From: the human T2T-CHM13v2.0 reference genome, Homo sapiens
Assembly (NCBI RefSeq): GCF_009914755.1
Contig: NC_060925.1
Reading direction: 5' to 3' (one strand)
DNA length: 64,000 nt
How positions within the stretch are numbered: the stretch's first letter is position 1; each line of letters begins with the position of its first letter. The notes beneath the pieces are model-generated. The model did not search any database and was not told the origin of the DNA. It was given only the letters and a program-made list of their open reading frames with translations. A program made the translations under genes and the position numbers. This document shows, piece by piece, positions 10,331-23,041 of this stretch.

Positions 10331-13264
10331 AGTGACTCATGATGTGATGTGACAGCATCCACTTCCTATTCCTGCCTGTAATGCCTTTTGTCCCTGTAAT
10401 GTCCTCCTCACCATTCCTGATCCAGCTCAGGCATCATCTGCTCCAAGTCCATCCCTGATCCACCTGCCCTCACCCCATCAAGGCAGAATTAGTTCTTCTC
10501 TCCTCCATGCTACCCAAATCCTTACCCATCACAGCATTTGCCCTGCTATGTTATGATTCACTTGTTTATTGTCTGTCTTTTCTTTGGGACCAGGAGACCA
10601 TTTAGAAAAGAAATCACATTTCTTTTCACAACCCTAGGGCCTGGCAGCTACTACATGTTCAATTAATACTTATTGAGGGATAAATGAATACAAAATTAAG
10701 TTTGACCCTTCCCTTATCCAAGGCAGAAATTCTCTTTATCACAATCAGCCATCTTAAATCATTTCTGGAAGAAGGCAGGGTATAAATTCATCAAACAAAT
10801 GCAGTCTGACTTCCTTGACAAAAGATGAATCAAGCTCCATCTAGGAAAACAACGCCATTTCTGACATGACAAGTTTTCAACCAAGGATCCACCCTTGGTT
10901 AATACCTATTATTCACCACGTACTATCCTATGTGACCAGCATAACAGCACCTGCCTCAAAGCACCATATCATATTTTCAAAGTATTTTGCATCCACTGAC
11001 TCATTTGATATTCCCAGCAACCTAGTGATGTGGACATTACAAGTATAATTATCCCTATTTGACAGATGGGGAAACTGAGGCACAGGGCATTACTTCAGGT
11101 CCTTCCCCTGGTCCAGTGAGGGAGTCCTGAGTGGTGACCTCCTTCCCACATCATGTACAGGCTGACCAGCAAGATCGTGAAATGTCGCCCCCTCCCCAGA
11201 AACTGCGCCCCTGGACAGCCTTGGGTGCTTTGGGGACAGCAGGAGCCAGGCTGAACTGACCTTGCAGCAAAAGGTATCAGGACTTGGGTAAGCACATCTG
11301 GGGAAAGGCAGAGGCTGTAAGCAGCCTAGCGGACATGGGGCAACCTAGAGGGAGCGGAACCTGGTCATGTTTACAGGAAAGGGCTCAGTCCCTGGGTGTG
11401 TCCCAACAGACCTGACAGGTCCATCCCTGAGGCCAAGGAAATGAGGACAGAGCAGGCAGAGCTGGTGAAGAAACCCCCAGAAGGGGGCAGGAGAGGGCAG
11501 GGAGGGCTCAGGCTGGGTGCCCCTGCTTCGTACTCAATGCCTGTGGAGCCCAGCACTTCTCAGGTGAGACAGGTATTTCTCCCCTGGGCCTGCAAGAAGA
11601 GTGGCCAAAGTAACTCAGGCGATGGTCTTCATGCCTCTAGACACAGCCAGGGGCCTGCAGGAAGGAGCACAGATCTAGGTCATCAATTCCAGCCCCACAG
11701 GCCCCAATTCTGCATTCCTTCCCCAAACACCTGCTGAGCGTTTATGGGGACACTGAGGTCCTGTCTCGGCGGAGAGTACAAAACAAGCACAGTGTGGCAG
11801 AAGATGCCCTTCCACAGGAAAGAATGCAAAGGGGAATGGGGTGCAGACATCTCCCAAGGAATGGAGGGCCCAGCTAGGTCCTGAAAGGCAAACTAAGCTG
11901 ATGGCAAGTGTGGGAGGGACAGCAGGCCAGGCCCGGAGCAGCAGGGGCAAATTCTGCCCCAGAGCCTGACTGATGAGAAACAAGGTCTCCAGCTCAGCTC
12001 CAGGGACAATCCACCATGTTTGGCGCAAAGGACCAGGTGGGGAGGGAACCAGACCAAGTTTCTTAAGTGACCCTGCAGTCCTGTGCGCAGGTGGTATATC
12101 ACCCCCCAACACTCTTTCAAAATCCATGATTTCTATCTCAGTAAGCTCAGGACACCGGTTCCCAGACCAACCCTCAGAAAAGACAACCCTCTAAAGTGGG
12201 CTCTGGCATTTCCTGAAGGCAGAGGAGACCCTCCCTAAGGGATTCTGCATTAGATCCCTAGAGTCCCAGGGGAGAGGAAAAGGAAAAAGAAACAGAGCAA
12301 GGGCAGGGACAGGTCTCAGGTGGGTGGGGTCAGGGATACCGGAGGACTCAGATCAGTGGTTCATGAATAGCCCTGGGTCAGGAGTAACCCTCACATCCAT
12401 CATCATGTTGTAGAAAAAAACAGACCCAACCCTTCTCTCCCTCAGGAAGCCTTCCTGGGTTGACTGTCACCCAGGTTCTACTCATTGCTCTTCCCTTAAC
12501 ATGTGTCTGTGGTTCTGCCAGGCTGGATTGTTGGCTCAGCTCCTGTCAGTGTCTGACTCAGCATGTGCAAACCCAGCACACAATATTCCCTGCAGACTGG
12601 CTCCCACCCAGGCACCGAGGTCCCATGCCAATCGCCAGCACCTGAAACCTCCACCTCATTCTGGATCCTCCTCTCCCTCAGTCTGCGCCCAGGTCTGGAC
12701 CTTGATGTTCTGCCTTTTCTGATGCCGCCTCCCTCCCTTCCGTCCCCATGAAGCTGTTTACCTCCTCGTCACAGCCTCTAGCCAGGCTGTGCAGGTCTGA
12801 TCTGTCTTCCTCCACCCCAAACCCCTACCACTAGTTTCCTAAAGCACAGAGCTGGTCCCAGGGCCCTCGCCCCTTCCCCACACTTAACAACTAAGGATCC
12901 CTTACCAAAAGGATAAAGTCCAAATTCCAATGCTCAGTTTTCAGGGACTTCCAGACTCTGGTCCTAACCCACCCATTCAAGCTGACTTCCTACTGTTTTC
13001 TCCATGAACACTAATTTCCAAGCAAAATTTCTGTTGCTCCTAGACATACTTTATGATTTTCTACTGTTGTTCCCTCTGCTAGAAATGCACCTGCCTCCCG
13101 ATCCTGGTCTCTTCCCAGGCTCAGCCCCACCCTTGTTCACTGATTCTTGGGGCTCTCTTTCAGAGCAGGGATGCTGTCGGAGCGGCATGTTAGTTCACCC
13201 CTACCCTCACCCCTGTGCTACCACCTGTGTGGTGGGTGAGTGAGTGACCACAAGCGAGGCCTCG

Positions 13265-13525
13265 CTATCTCCCCAAGAGAGGAGACTCTTCCTTCTCAGG
13301 CTGAACACTGCGGGTGGGGACTGTCTCCCTATCAGATAGGGCCCCCTGGAATCAGAGGTGGTGTCTCTCCCATCCAATATAAACTCCCTAGAGGAATAAG
13401 CTGTGTCTCCTCCTCAGACAGGGACTCCCTGGAGATAGGAGCTGTGTCTCCCCCTCAAAAAGGGGCTCCCTGGAGATAGAAGCTGTTTCTTCCCCTCAGA
13501 CAGGGGCTCCCTGGAGGCAAGGGCT
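13265..13525 (+). repeat. Degenerate minisatellite, period about 41 bp, about 5-6 units
   Basis: Units of ctgtgtctcctcctcagacagggactccctggagataggag start at 13401, 13442 and 13483, with more diverged units upstream. Confidence 0.75.
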
Positions 13526-13642
13526 ATTTCGTTGATCTAAAATGGATCTTTCCCAGCTTGGGACCGAAACTTCTTTTTCTGGATTGTAGGTGAAGCCCAG
13601 AACCATATACTGACAAATCCTTGGAAATATGTATGAAATTGC

Positions 13643-14333
13643 TTTATTCTCTCTCACATTGATGTCCTTTCCACAGACATGTACACACATGTGCACACAC
13701 ACACAGGGACACACACAGACACACACAGCTGTGTTCTCCATTCAGCTCCTGATATCCAGGTCACACCTCCTCCTGGGTCCGGCACCGGTGGGCAGGAGGC
13801 TGCCTGAGCTCCCTCTAGTAGAGGCTGTGTTGGGCACAGTAGCGGGCACACAGCTGCTGGTGGTAGTGCAGGTGGTAGTCCTTCACCAGCTTGCCCAAGA
13901 TGTAGAGGAACTCATCGAAGCAGATCTGGTTGTCCTTGTTCTTGTCTGCGGCCTGGAACAACTCTGTGATATAGTATGGCTCCTTCCGGCCCTGAGAAGT
14001 GGGCAGAGCATCAACAACCCACCCAGGCATACAGCCCACCTGCCAGGCTCCCCACTGCCCACTGGGAGGGGATGGGGTAACTGTGGCCTGGCCTTGCCTG
14101 CAAGGAAATGACTCCTCACTCCAATCGTCAGTGACTAGGACTCTGAATGCTGCAAAGAGACAGGGGCATAGTTGGTGCCCCTAGTTGGTGCCCCCATAAC
14201 CGAGCCTGGAGCTAGCTGCATGTGTGCAGACAAAGGAGGTAAACTGGGCACCATTGATGGTTTACTGTCTGCAGTGCCCGAGAAGCACTAGCATCCCAGA
14301 CGACTTCGCATCCACTGGCAGTAGCTGTTTATA
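13643..14333 (-). pseudogene. S100A15A: S100A15A pseudogene (orthologue of mouse S100a7a/S100A15). Last exon 13991..13815 is intact; the start-codon exon is absent
   Basis: Acceptor ttctcag|GGC at 13991. The exon encodes [58 protein letters not shown] with a canonical EF-hand. AATAAA at 13643-13648 and TATAAA at 14328-14333. No N-terminal S100 exon is visible between them. Confidence 0.9.
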
Positions 14334-15929
14334 CTTCTCTTCACAGCTGAACTGGAGGCTCCTCTGGAGAAACACCCCAGCCAGGGCTTCCTCAAGGCAG
14401 GGCAGTGCCTTCCTCCTCCACACTGGGAGCTCCCCAAGAGCAGAGTCGACCTGGCCCTCGAGTCTGCATCCCCAGCGCTGCTGCAAGGCTGGTGCCCAGG
14501 GGGTCAGAGGTTTGCATGCCTGTGCATTTGCCTGCATCAGGAGCAATTCCCAGGCAGATGGTCAGCATGCGAACCTCTGAACCCCTGGGTGCTGGGCCCA
14601 CATAGAGCGCAGAACAAGGGAAAGGACAAAGCCAGGAGCCCTGGAGCTGTCCAGGTTGTTCCGAGGCAGGCGGCCCAGATGTGACCCTGAGGGCTGAGAA
14701 ATGGGGATGGTAGGGGAGAGGAAAGAGGCATTTGAGGTGGAAGGAACAGCATGAAGAAAGTCAGGGGCCAGAGCACAGCACGGGGACAGAGTGGGAAGAG
14801 ACAAGGTGGGCATCGGGAGCACTGGGCAGGGCGGGTGAGGCAGCTTTCAGCAAGATTTGGCTGGTGGGCATGAGGACCAGTGTGAAGCCCTAGAAACCAT
14901 CTGGGGGAAGCAGCTGTGGACAGGTTTGCAGCCTCTCTCTCCCCTCAGGGCCCACCCCCACCACCTGTTCCTGTGATCTTAACTGTTCCACAAAGCTGGT
15001 TACCCAGAGAGGAGCTGGAGGCTTCCTGCCCGGGACAGGCTCTCCCAGCTTCCCTCACCTCGGCCCACCTTCCCCAGGGCCGCCTTCTGTGTCCAGGTTC
15101 TATCCCCGCAAGGGCCCCGTACCCAGGCGGGGCTGTGACCCCCATGAGTGCAGGGTCCGGGCCATCCTGGTACAGTTTGCCCTGGAAAGGACAAGGTTTC
15201 CTGGAAACAGGACCACCAACAATCACTTCCCCCTCACTCCGTCCCTCTCTACAACCCTCAGAGTAACACTCCAGTAAGCAGAGGCAAGGCTGGGGAGATG
15301 GGAAGTGACTGAAGAAGAGCCTTTTCCTGGATGGAGTGGCCTTGAGTCAGGATGGACCAGAAGTCCTCTGGAGATGACAGTCCAGACACCCCAGGGCATG
15401 GATAGACAGCAGCACCCCACAGACACCCTTGCAGGCCCCAAGGAGCCCAGTAATCATGGGTCTACGTTTGATGACAAAGAAGATGGGCAGGGCCTGAGGG
15501 CTGTCTAAGCCCGGATTTGGGTGCTGGGCCTGTCCAGGTCTGAGAGACTCTGGGGATAAGAGGTGGAAGGGGAAGTAATGTTTCCTAACCCCACCCCACC
15601 CTACTCCCACCCTGGTTAGGGGGGCCACCGCAGTCCCTGCTATCCTTCCCCCGGGCATGGATCCCACCTCTCTTCCTGCTGCCACCACACTGTGCCACCC
15701 TCTCCAGAGGGAGTCCCCATGCCATCAGCACCATCCCTTCAGCCCTCACATTCCCATGGCCCTCCCAGAGCCTCTGTGCAGCTCCTCTCTGGTGCTCTGA
15801 TGCCTGTGACCTCCCACTCCCCACTTCCTCTGGAGATGAGACAAGATCACCCTGTCAGATCAGCAGTGCTCCCTGGACTCTACAGATAGGAATCAGGACA
15901 ACTGCTGCTTCCACCGCTCATGGAGCCAG

Positions 15930-16150
15930 CCAGGCACCAGGTAAGCACTTTATACAAATTATCCCGTATCCCACGTAACCCTCACGTGGGCCATAGAAAG
16001 CAAGCATATTTACCCCCAGTTTCCTAAGGGGGAAATGAAACCCAGAGAGGATAAGTAATTTCCCCAAGATCACACAATGATCCACTTGGAGCTTCGTTCA
16101 AACCCATGTCTTTGGGAACAAGCCCAAAGGCATGCTTTCAGTTCCAGTCC
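15930..16150. mobile_element. MIR fragment
   Basis: aagcactttataca...ggaaatgaaacccagagaggataagtaatttccccaagatcacaca. Confidence 0.65.
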
Positions 16151-17244
16151 TACACCCGCCTTGGGCCACGATTGTGCTGTTGGGATGCCCATCCACACTG
16201 TACGTGTTCTCCAAACAGGTAAACTGTCCCCACCTCTGCTTTTTAGAACCTGCACAGATCCAACACAAACCCTCACCCCCACAATTCTCTTGGAAGAGGC
16301 ACTGACCTGTCACTGTTGGGGTGAGTATCCAAATCCACAGATCCAGCCTGTAGTTGATCCCAGAGATTCCCCAACGCTCAGGCAGGAGGCACCTGTGTGA
16401 GCCGCGAACCCACCACCAAGCCCCACATCCCACCCATCCTCAATGCCTCCAATTATGGCAGCCAGTGTTGTGATGCTTCACAGGTCCTTCAGGAGCAGGA
16501 CTGAGCCTTAATTGCATTCCTGAGGTGACATCACAACACTTAACTTGCTAAGATTAACTCAACCAGTTTCAGGGGCCCACATCCCTTGGAGCAGGATCTG
16601 AAGCATCTAAGAATCACAAAAGGTCCCATTATCTGTCTCCCTGCCTCAGAGCTTGTCCTCTCAGCTCCAGGGCTTGGGTGGGGTCAGACACACACTTAAC
16701 TACATCTCCCTGGGGTGTCCTCCCTCCATTAGTGAACCCCCAAACTCCACTGTCATGAAGCACATTCATTCCTTCATTCATTCAACGAATATTCTTGAGT
16801 ACCTACAGTGTGCCAGGCCTTCTGCTAGGCAATATGCATCAGATACAGGGCCAGCTCACAGGGTGGGGACATGTGAGGGGACAGTCACACACTGTCACTA
16901 GGCACATGGAAGCCAACTGAGTGACACAGACAGGTGCTCCAGGCACCCAGAAAGGGACACCTTCCACCTGGGGAGTTGGGGGGGACTTCCTTAGGGAGGC
17001 GATATTTCAGCTGCGACTTGAAGAGACATTTTGAGTTGCAAGGAGGAAAGGAGAACCAGGCACTCTAGACAGAGGATATGGCACAGGCAAAGGCCCGGGG
17101 CTGTAAAAGAGCGCGGCCCCCTCAGGGGATGGAGTCCACAGGGTGCACAATGAGAAGTTAGAAGAAACAAGGCTGGAGAGGCAGGAGGGAGACAAGACCG
17201 GAAGACCCTGTGCCAAGCTACAACTGTGACTTTATCCTATCCAG

Positions 17245-17385
17245 CTCATAGTCTGTCAGTGGAGGCAGACATCTAGCCAAAACTCCAAGGTACTGTACTT
17301 AGAAAAGCACCACAGACTTGGTGCCAAACACGCATCTCCCACCTCACAACCCCCACTACCCATGGCCAGGGCAAGACTGTGATAC
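17245..17385 (+). repeat. Old local direct repeat of about 140 bp (second copy at about 18610-18750)
   Basis: ctcatagtctgt...cagacat.t.gccaaaact.ca.g.tactgtacttagaaaag...catctccca...cccatggccagg at both sites. Confidence 0.8.
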
Positions 17386-19879
17386 ACAAACAAGAGAGGA
17401 AGCTAATAGAGGATTTTTTAAATCAGTTGGGTGATGGACGGGAGGTGAAAGAGAAGTGGTAGAACCAGATTTGTTTACTAGTAAATCACCGACTGCAATG
17501 TGGAAGTCACCCTACTCTGAGAGGGGCCAGACCTTCAGGCTCGACATCCCTACAGATGCTACCTGGGCCCCTGAGTGAGTGACAGGTGGGGTCCCCTCTG
17601 CCAACTCACCCCAACACAAGACTTCTCCCAGCCGGCCCCTTCTACTTGGCCCCATTTCACCCCACACAGCTCCCTTGGGAGGGCCTGCACAGGCTGATGA
17701 CTGAATCTTCCAGAATGGGGCGCCAAAGGGCAGGTCATCAAACCAGAGACTCCATCTATGCATCTCTGAAGGCTGGAGAGAAAATCATAGGTAGATACCG
17801 AAGCCAACAGCTTTTCCAGTTTGCTGGGTGAGCCTTCATCTACTCAACATAAAGATTTCCCCAGCAAACAAGTGGTTCATCAATACACTTTCCTGTTTCT
17901 AAACTAAAAACATGGCTTGAATTTCTCAGCATTGCCAAGCTAGAGCTACAAAAAATTGTATCGAATTCTTTGGTTCAGCCATCATTACCCTGGCAATTTC
18001 TCCCAAAACAATTAATTAAACAGATATTTTAAAAATCATCAGGAAAATGTCCACCATTGCAATATCCATAACCAAGAAACAAAAATAAAAGCAAAACCTT
18101 AAAACTATCTAATTAACAAATTTGGTATACCCATATGGCTTACTGTTGGACAATTGCTGGATAACAGCTTGTTGTTTAGAAGAAACTTCATTTCTGACCT
18201 ATGGCTGGGGATGGGGGGCAGACTGCACTCCTTTTCACCCTACCTTTTGTTCACTCTGGGACAAAACAGCCCCCTACGCCATGCCAATACCCAGTGATGA
18301 TCCCTTGCACAGCTGCGCTGTAACTGCACTTTTTGCTTAATGTTATGCTGTGGACATCTCACATGCTTAATCAATGCTAGCCTGATTTTTGGCGAGTACA
18401 TAGCGATCATCTGTTTGCATTTATCAAAATTTGTCTTATGAATCCATTATTGTTAGACATTAAATTACTTTTATTTATACATTTTAATGTCAACTCTTCC
18501 TTAATGTTTATCAGAATTTTGCCACGTGTTAGGTGCTAGGTGCACCTGTGCTAGGTGCTGTGGAGAAAGGGGGCGGAAATGAATTGAATAACATTCTGCC
18601 TTCCAGAAACTCATAGTCTGTAGGTGGAGACAGACATTTGGCCAAAACTTCAGGTTACTGTACTTAGAAAAGAACCATAAACATGGTGCCAAGCATGCAT
18701 CTCCCATGTCACAACCCAACCACCCATGGCCAGGACTAAGATTGTGATCTTGACAAACACAGTCTTCATGTCTTTCCAGTGTGCAGACCAGACACTGAAA
18801 ACAATGTCCCGTGACATCCAGAAGCCAGTACAGCAAAGGAGTAGCGCTTTCTGGTGAAATTGAGAAAGGAGGTTACCCGAAACTGGCCCTGAAGCACCCC
18901 CATCCCCGCTTCGGCCGCACCCAGGGTTTTAGACACCTCAAGAATTGGAAATACTTCAAGCAGGATAATATTCAATTTCTGACTAAGAGGGCGGTGAGGT
19001 GGTGGTGAAGAGGATCAAGTAATTACCTTAAAAATTAAAGAAATCTCATATGGTACTTGAGACGATGAATCGGGTTATACTGATGGAATATTTAGGGATT
19101 TTTGCCAGTTCTTACCAGTGTATATCTATTTTCTTTTTTCCAGACCTTTTTTATCTTTAGGATTAGAGCAACCTGATATCCCAGTCAACAGCCTCAAGAG
19201 TATCTGAAATGTGTGTTAGATGGGCTGTGCTTGAAGGGGGAGCTGCTAGATGCATTAGAATCCTCACAGAAAATGTGATAAAGAGAAAGAAAGGGTACAT
19301 TATTGCCGTGTAGAGAAAAAGAATAGGATTTGAGCATAGGGAGTCCCTAGGCTGCTTCTGTAGGACCAGGAGGCTGCTGGAGAGTGAGAAGATGATTAAC
19401 AGTATTAAGTTCTTCCTCTTTGCTGAGCACTGCTCCATGGGCTTTACATCCACCCATTCATCTCATCTTCTTAACAATTGCTGAAAAAGCCCAAGGAATG
19501 ACAATTACAGGAGCATGCTGGGGACACAGCTAGTAATGCAGAGGCACATTTCTAACCCAGGCCCATGGGCCCCACATACCTGTTCTCAACCACTACATTA
19601 CCTTGTCCCCGAATAACAGGAAATCCAACCTTAGGGAGAGCAGGAGAAGGGCCCCATGGTTAGAGGAAAGAGCTGGAACAGAGGTGCTCAGGTAGGAGCC
19701 AGCCTGGGCTGACAGAGGGGCAGAAAGAAGGGCTGGAGTGGTGTAAATGGAGCCCAGAAAGACAGGAGATGAGGTCTGAGGGGCAGGCAGAGGACAAGCC
19801 AACGAGGACTTTGCAAAATTTGGACTTTAAGCAGGATGGGAAGCCACTAAAAGTTTTTAGTAAGGGATATGCCATGTTC

Positions 19880-20630
19880 ATAGCAGCTTTACATGCTATT
19901 GTAAAGCTGATAGTTCTCCCAAACGTAACCTATAGATTCAGTGCAATCCCAGTCCCAAAGTCCTTGCTGGAATTTTTGTAGAAATTGACAAGTTAACTGT
20001 AAAAAGTATATAGACAGGCCAAGAATAGCCAAGGGAATCATGAAAAAGAAAAGACATGGGAGGATCTACAGTACTAGATGTTAAGATTTATCATAACAGC
20101 TCCGGTAACTAAGATACTGCCTGGCTGGTTCAAGGACAGTCACATAGATCAACAGAACTAAATAGAGGTCTGAGAAAAAGACACACACGTATGGTATATT
20201 TATTCTGTGACAAAAGTGGCACTGCTGAGCACAAGCTTTTCAATACATTTTACTGGATCAACTGGATGCTCATGCTCATGAAACTAGACCACACAAGCAG
20301 ACAAAATGACAATTCCAAGTGGATTGTAGGTCTAACTGTGGAAAGTAAAGTCATAAAGCCTCAGTAGCATATGCAAAGATATTCAAGACCTCAGTCTTGA
20401 AGATTTACTTCTATATTTTCTTCTAAGAGTTTTAGTTTTAGCTCTTATGTGTAGGGCTGTGACCTATTCTGAGTTAATTTGTGTGTATGAAGGAAGGAAG
20501 GGGTCCAGCTTCATTATTTTGCATGTGGCTGTCCACTTGTCCCAGCATCATGTGTTGGAAAGACTATTCTTTCTCCATTGAATTGGCTTGGCGGGCTTGT
20601 TGAAAATCAATTGACTGTGAATGTGAAGGC
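19880..20630. mobile_element. Two old L1M fragments in opposite orientation (junction at about 20400)
   Basis: tatagattcagtgcaatcccag... on the + strand, then tttcttctaagagttttag...ccacttgtcccagcatcatgtgttggaaagact on the - strand. Confidence 0.65.
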
Positions 20631-20969
20631 TGAGAACACTTTATCATGAACTGTTAGCTTCACCTATGTAAAGATATCTTCTCTCTGCTCTACCTCCTGT
20701 CGAAATCTGACACGACTCTTGCTCAAAACAAGCTTTGTTTCCTGAGTTCCGTGGCCTTGTCTCATGTGGAGCAATCATGTCACATTAACCCCCTCCCCAC
20801 CCCCACTCCACGTCCACCCTGTGGGCCACGGCCCTGCCCTTTCCCAGCTGTTTTATGATCTGCTTTTTCAATTAGGACTATGTTTAAAACATCTCCCCAG
20901 TTCTTAAATATTTTTGAGTGATTGATTCCAAATAGCTACATTATATGGAATTCCAGAACCATTCTGACT

Positions 20970-21800
20970 AACAACACTTTTGACGCCAAATGTGTGGGGG
21001 TTATATTTCCTTTTTTTAAAATCCCCACACCAACCAATTCTCCAACACTCTGAACACCATCGGGGTATCGTGCAATTCCGTTCTGATCCTAACTACCAAG
21101 AGTTAGCACAGACCCCACAAGGTGAAGGCTCAGCCCCACAACACTGCCCCCACTGCAGATGCCAATCGCAGCACCTGACCGCCCATACTTCTGACTGACT
21201 GGCTAAAATTGGAGGTTCCTACAAACCCCCTCCTCAGGTTAGATAATCTGCTACAAGAGTTCACAGGACTCAGGGAGGCACTTTACTCATGATTACTGGT
21301 TTATTACAAAGAGTACAACTCAGGAAAAGCCACGTGGAAGAGACACACAGGGCCATGTATGAGGGGCAGCATGGAGCTCCCAGGCCCACTCCAGGAGCCC
21401 ACCCTTCCGGCACCCCACCTGCTCAGCAGCCCTACAGTTCTCTGAACCCCATCGTTTGGGGTTTCTATGGCAGTCACTTCATTTAGGCATAGTTGATTAA
21501 ATAATTGGCCACTGGTGATTGAAGTCCTTCCCCAGCCGCTCTGTGGAGGCCCAGTGTGGGGCTGAAAGCTCCAGCCCTCTAATCACATGGTTGCTTCCTC
21601 TGGCAACCAGCCCCATCCTGAAGCTATCTAGGGGTCCACCAAGAGTCACCTCATTAGCACACACTCAGCATGACTGGAAGGGGATTGTTATGAATAACAA
21701 AAGATGCTCCCTCTCCCCTGTCATTCAGGAGATTCCAAGGATTTCAGACGCTCGGTGTCAGGAACAGGGACAAAGACCAAATGTCCATTTCGTATCATCA
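20970..21800 (-). mobile_element. LTR, MER21-like
   Basis: accaattctccaac...gagttagcacagaccccacaaggtgaaggctcagccccaca..actgcccccact matches recalled MER21 sequence. It ends in ...catcaca (TG on the minus strand). Confidence 0.65.
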
Positions 21801-22140
21801 CAGGGATTCCATGTGTATAGGCATCAAGATTTACTTAACCCACCATTACTAAAAATTTAATTATTTTTATCTCTTCCTGTTTCTACCACTTGATTAACAA
21901 TTGTGTCCCCAATATACTATTTTATGCAGTGTCCTCTGGTAAGCATTGGAGAGAGAAAAGAATACAAATTAAGTAAGAAAAGCCCTCTGCCTTTCAGAAG
22001 CTTTTGGTGAAGATCTCTTTTTTTAACAGGTGCAAGATTGGTGCCCGACGTGGGACTCACAACCTACAGAAGGGCGGGAACCACGAAGGACCCAGCCACG
22101 TGGTACTGCCTCCGGCGACAACCAGGGCGAGGTGGGTGCT

Positions 22141-22159
22141 CGGTGGCGCCACCGTGTGG
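22141..22159 (-). promoter_or_regulatory. Candidate CTCF site overlapping a 14-bp perfect palindrome
   Basis: The minus strand reads CCACACGGTGGCGCCA (22144-22159). CGGTGGCGCCACCG (22141-22154) is self-complementary. The surrounding sequence is locally CpG-rich. Confidence 0.5.
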
Positions 22160-22562
22160 AAGCTTGGGAAACAGAAAACCAATTCTCTGCACTCAGGGCC
22201 AGAGTTTTGTCCTGGGCCTCTGACTGGGGCCAACTGTAACAGGAACAGCCCTTACAGTGTAAGTCAGAATCCTACAGTCCTCCTTGGCCAAGGAGCCTTC
22301 CTGGAGTCCCCCCCACCCCGCACTGCTTTCTCCAGCTTGCCAGTTTTACCTACACGGCCCAGCCTCGTCTTAAAATTGGGCGAGATGAGGAATGATCATT
22401 GCCAACTTGAAATTTGGTTGAACAGATACATTTCTCAGGGTACGCTTGGGTCACTTCCTAGCACTGTCTGTGTATGCGGCCTCCGAGAAAGCAACCTCCC
22501 TTATCAGGCTAACAGAATTGACAGTAAATCCTCCCAGCAAACCCATTCGACAGGATGGTGGG

Positions 22563-23041
22563 TGTTAGTCCAAACTGCACCATTTTGTAAGCCCCCTGCC
22601 ATTTTGCGGACCCTGGTCAGAGTGAAACATTCCATGTGGATTCAGGCCGTGAGAAACATCCTGCCTAACCACCTGACCGCAAGGCACAAGAGCATCCTTA
22701 TCATACCCTGCTGGGCAAAGGCGCAACTGAAGGAACATCCCCATCATATCCTGCGGGGCAAAGGTCCAAGAAACAGCCTATCACATCCCGCTGGAAAAAG
22801 GTCCAAACCGCCTGATCACAGGAACATCTTATCAATATCCTCCCGGCGAGCTAGCCATACTGCCCAGACCCCCACCTAGACCTATAAATTACCCCAGCCT
22901 GTAAGCGGCAGGGGGCTCTGGCATTAAGCTTGTCCCCCACCTCCTCAGGTCTTGTGCTGGACATAAAACCTGCATTTCCATAGAGCCACCAACTCTCTCT
23001 GTGTCTTTTTTTAACCCTTGCCTTCCCTTCAAAACCTAACA
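22563..23041 (+). mobile_element. Solo ERV1 LTR (LTR9-like), 479 bp
   Basis: Termini TGTTAG...CTAACA, 5-bp TSD GTGGG (22558-22562 and 23042-23046), TATAAA at 22883-22888, and internal U3 sub-repeats. Confidence 0.85.

Noticed and set aside
11675-12127. AELETLFLISQ as a possible missing S100 first coding exon
   Set aside because: The similarity is limited to a few residues, there is no FHxY motif or exon boundary, and it lies on the wrong side of the S100A15A last exon.
13629-14111. 160-aa + strand ORF
   Set aside because: Antisense shadow of the S100A15A exon plus a CA repeat.
22039-22056. tggtgcccgacgtgggac resembling a tRNA-Lys primer-binding site
   Set aside because: It has about 3 mismatches and no LTR end immediately upstream, so a provirus or tRNA gene cannot be supported.
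22004-22879. 291-aa ORF
   Set aside because: It starts at TTG, reads across an LTR boundary and resembles no protein I recognise. It is probably a chance open frame.
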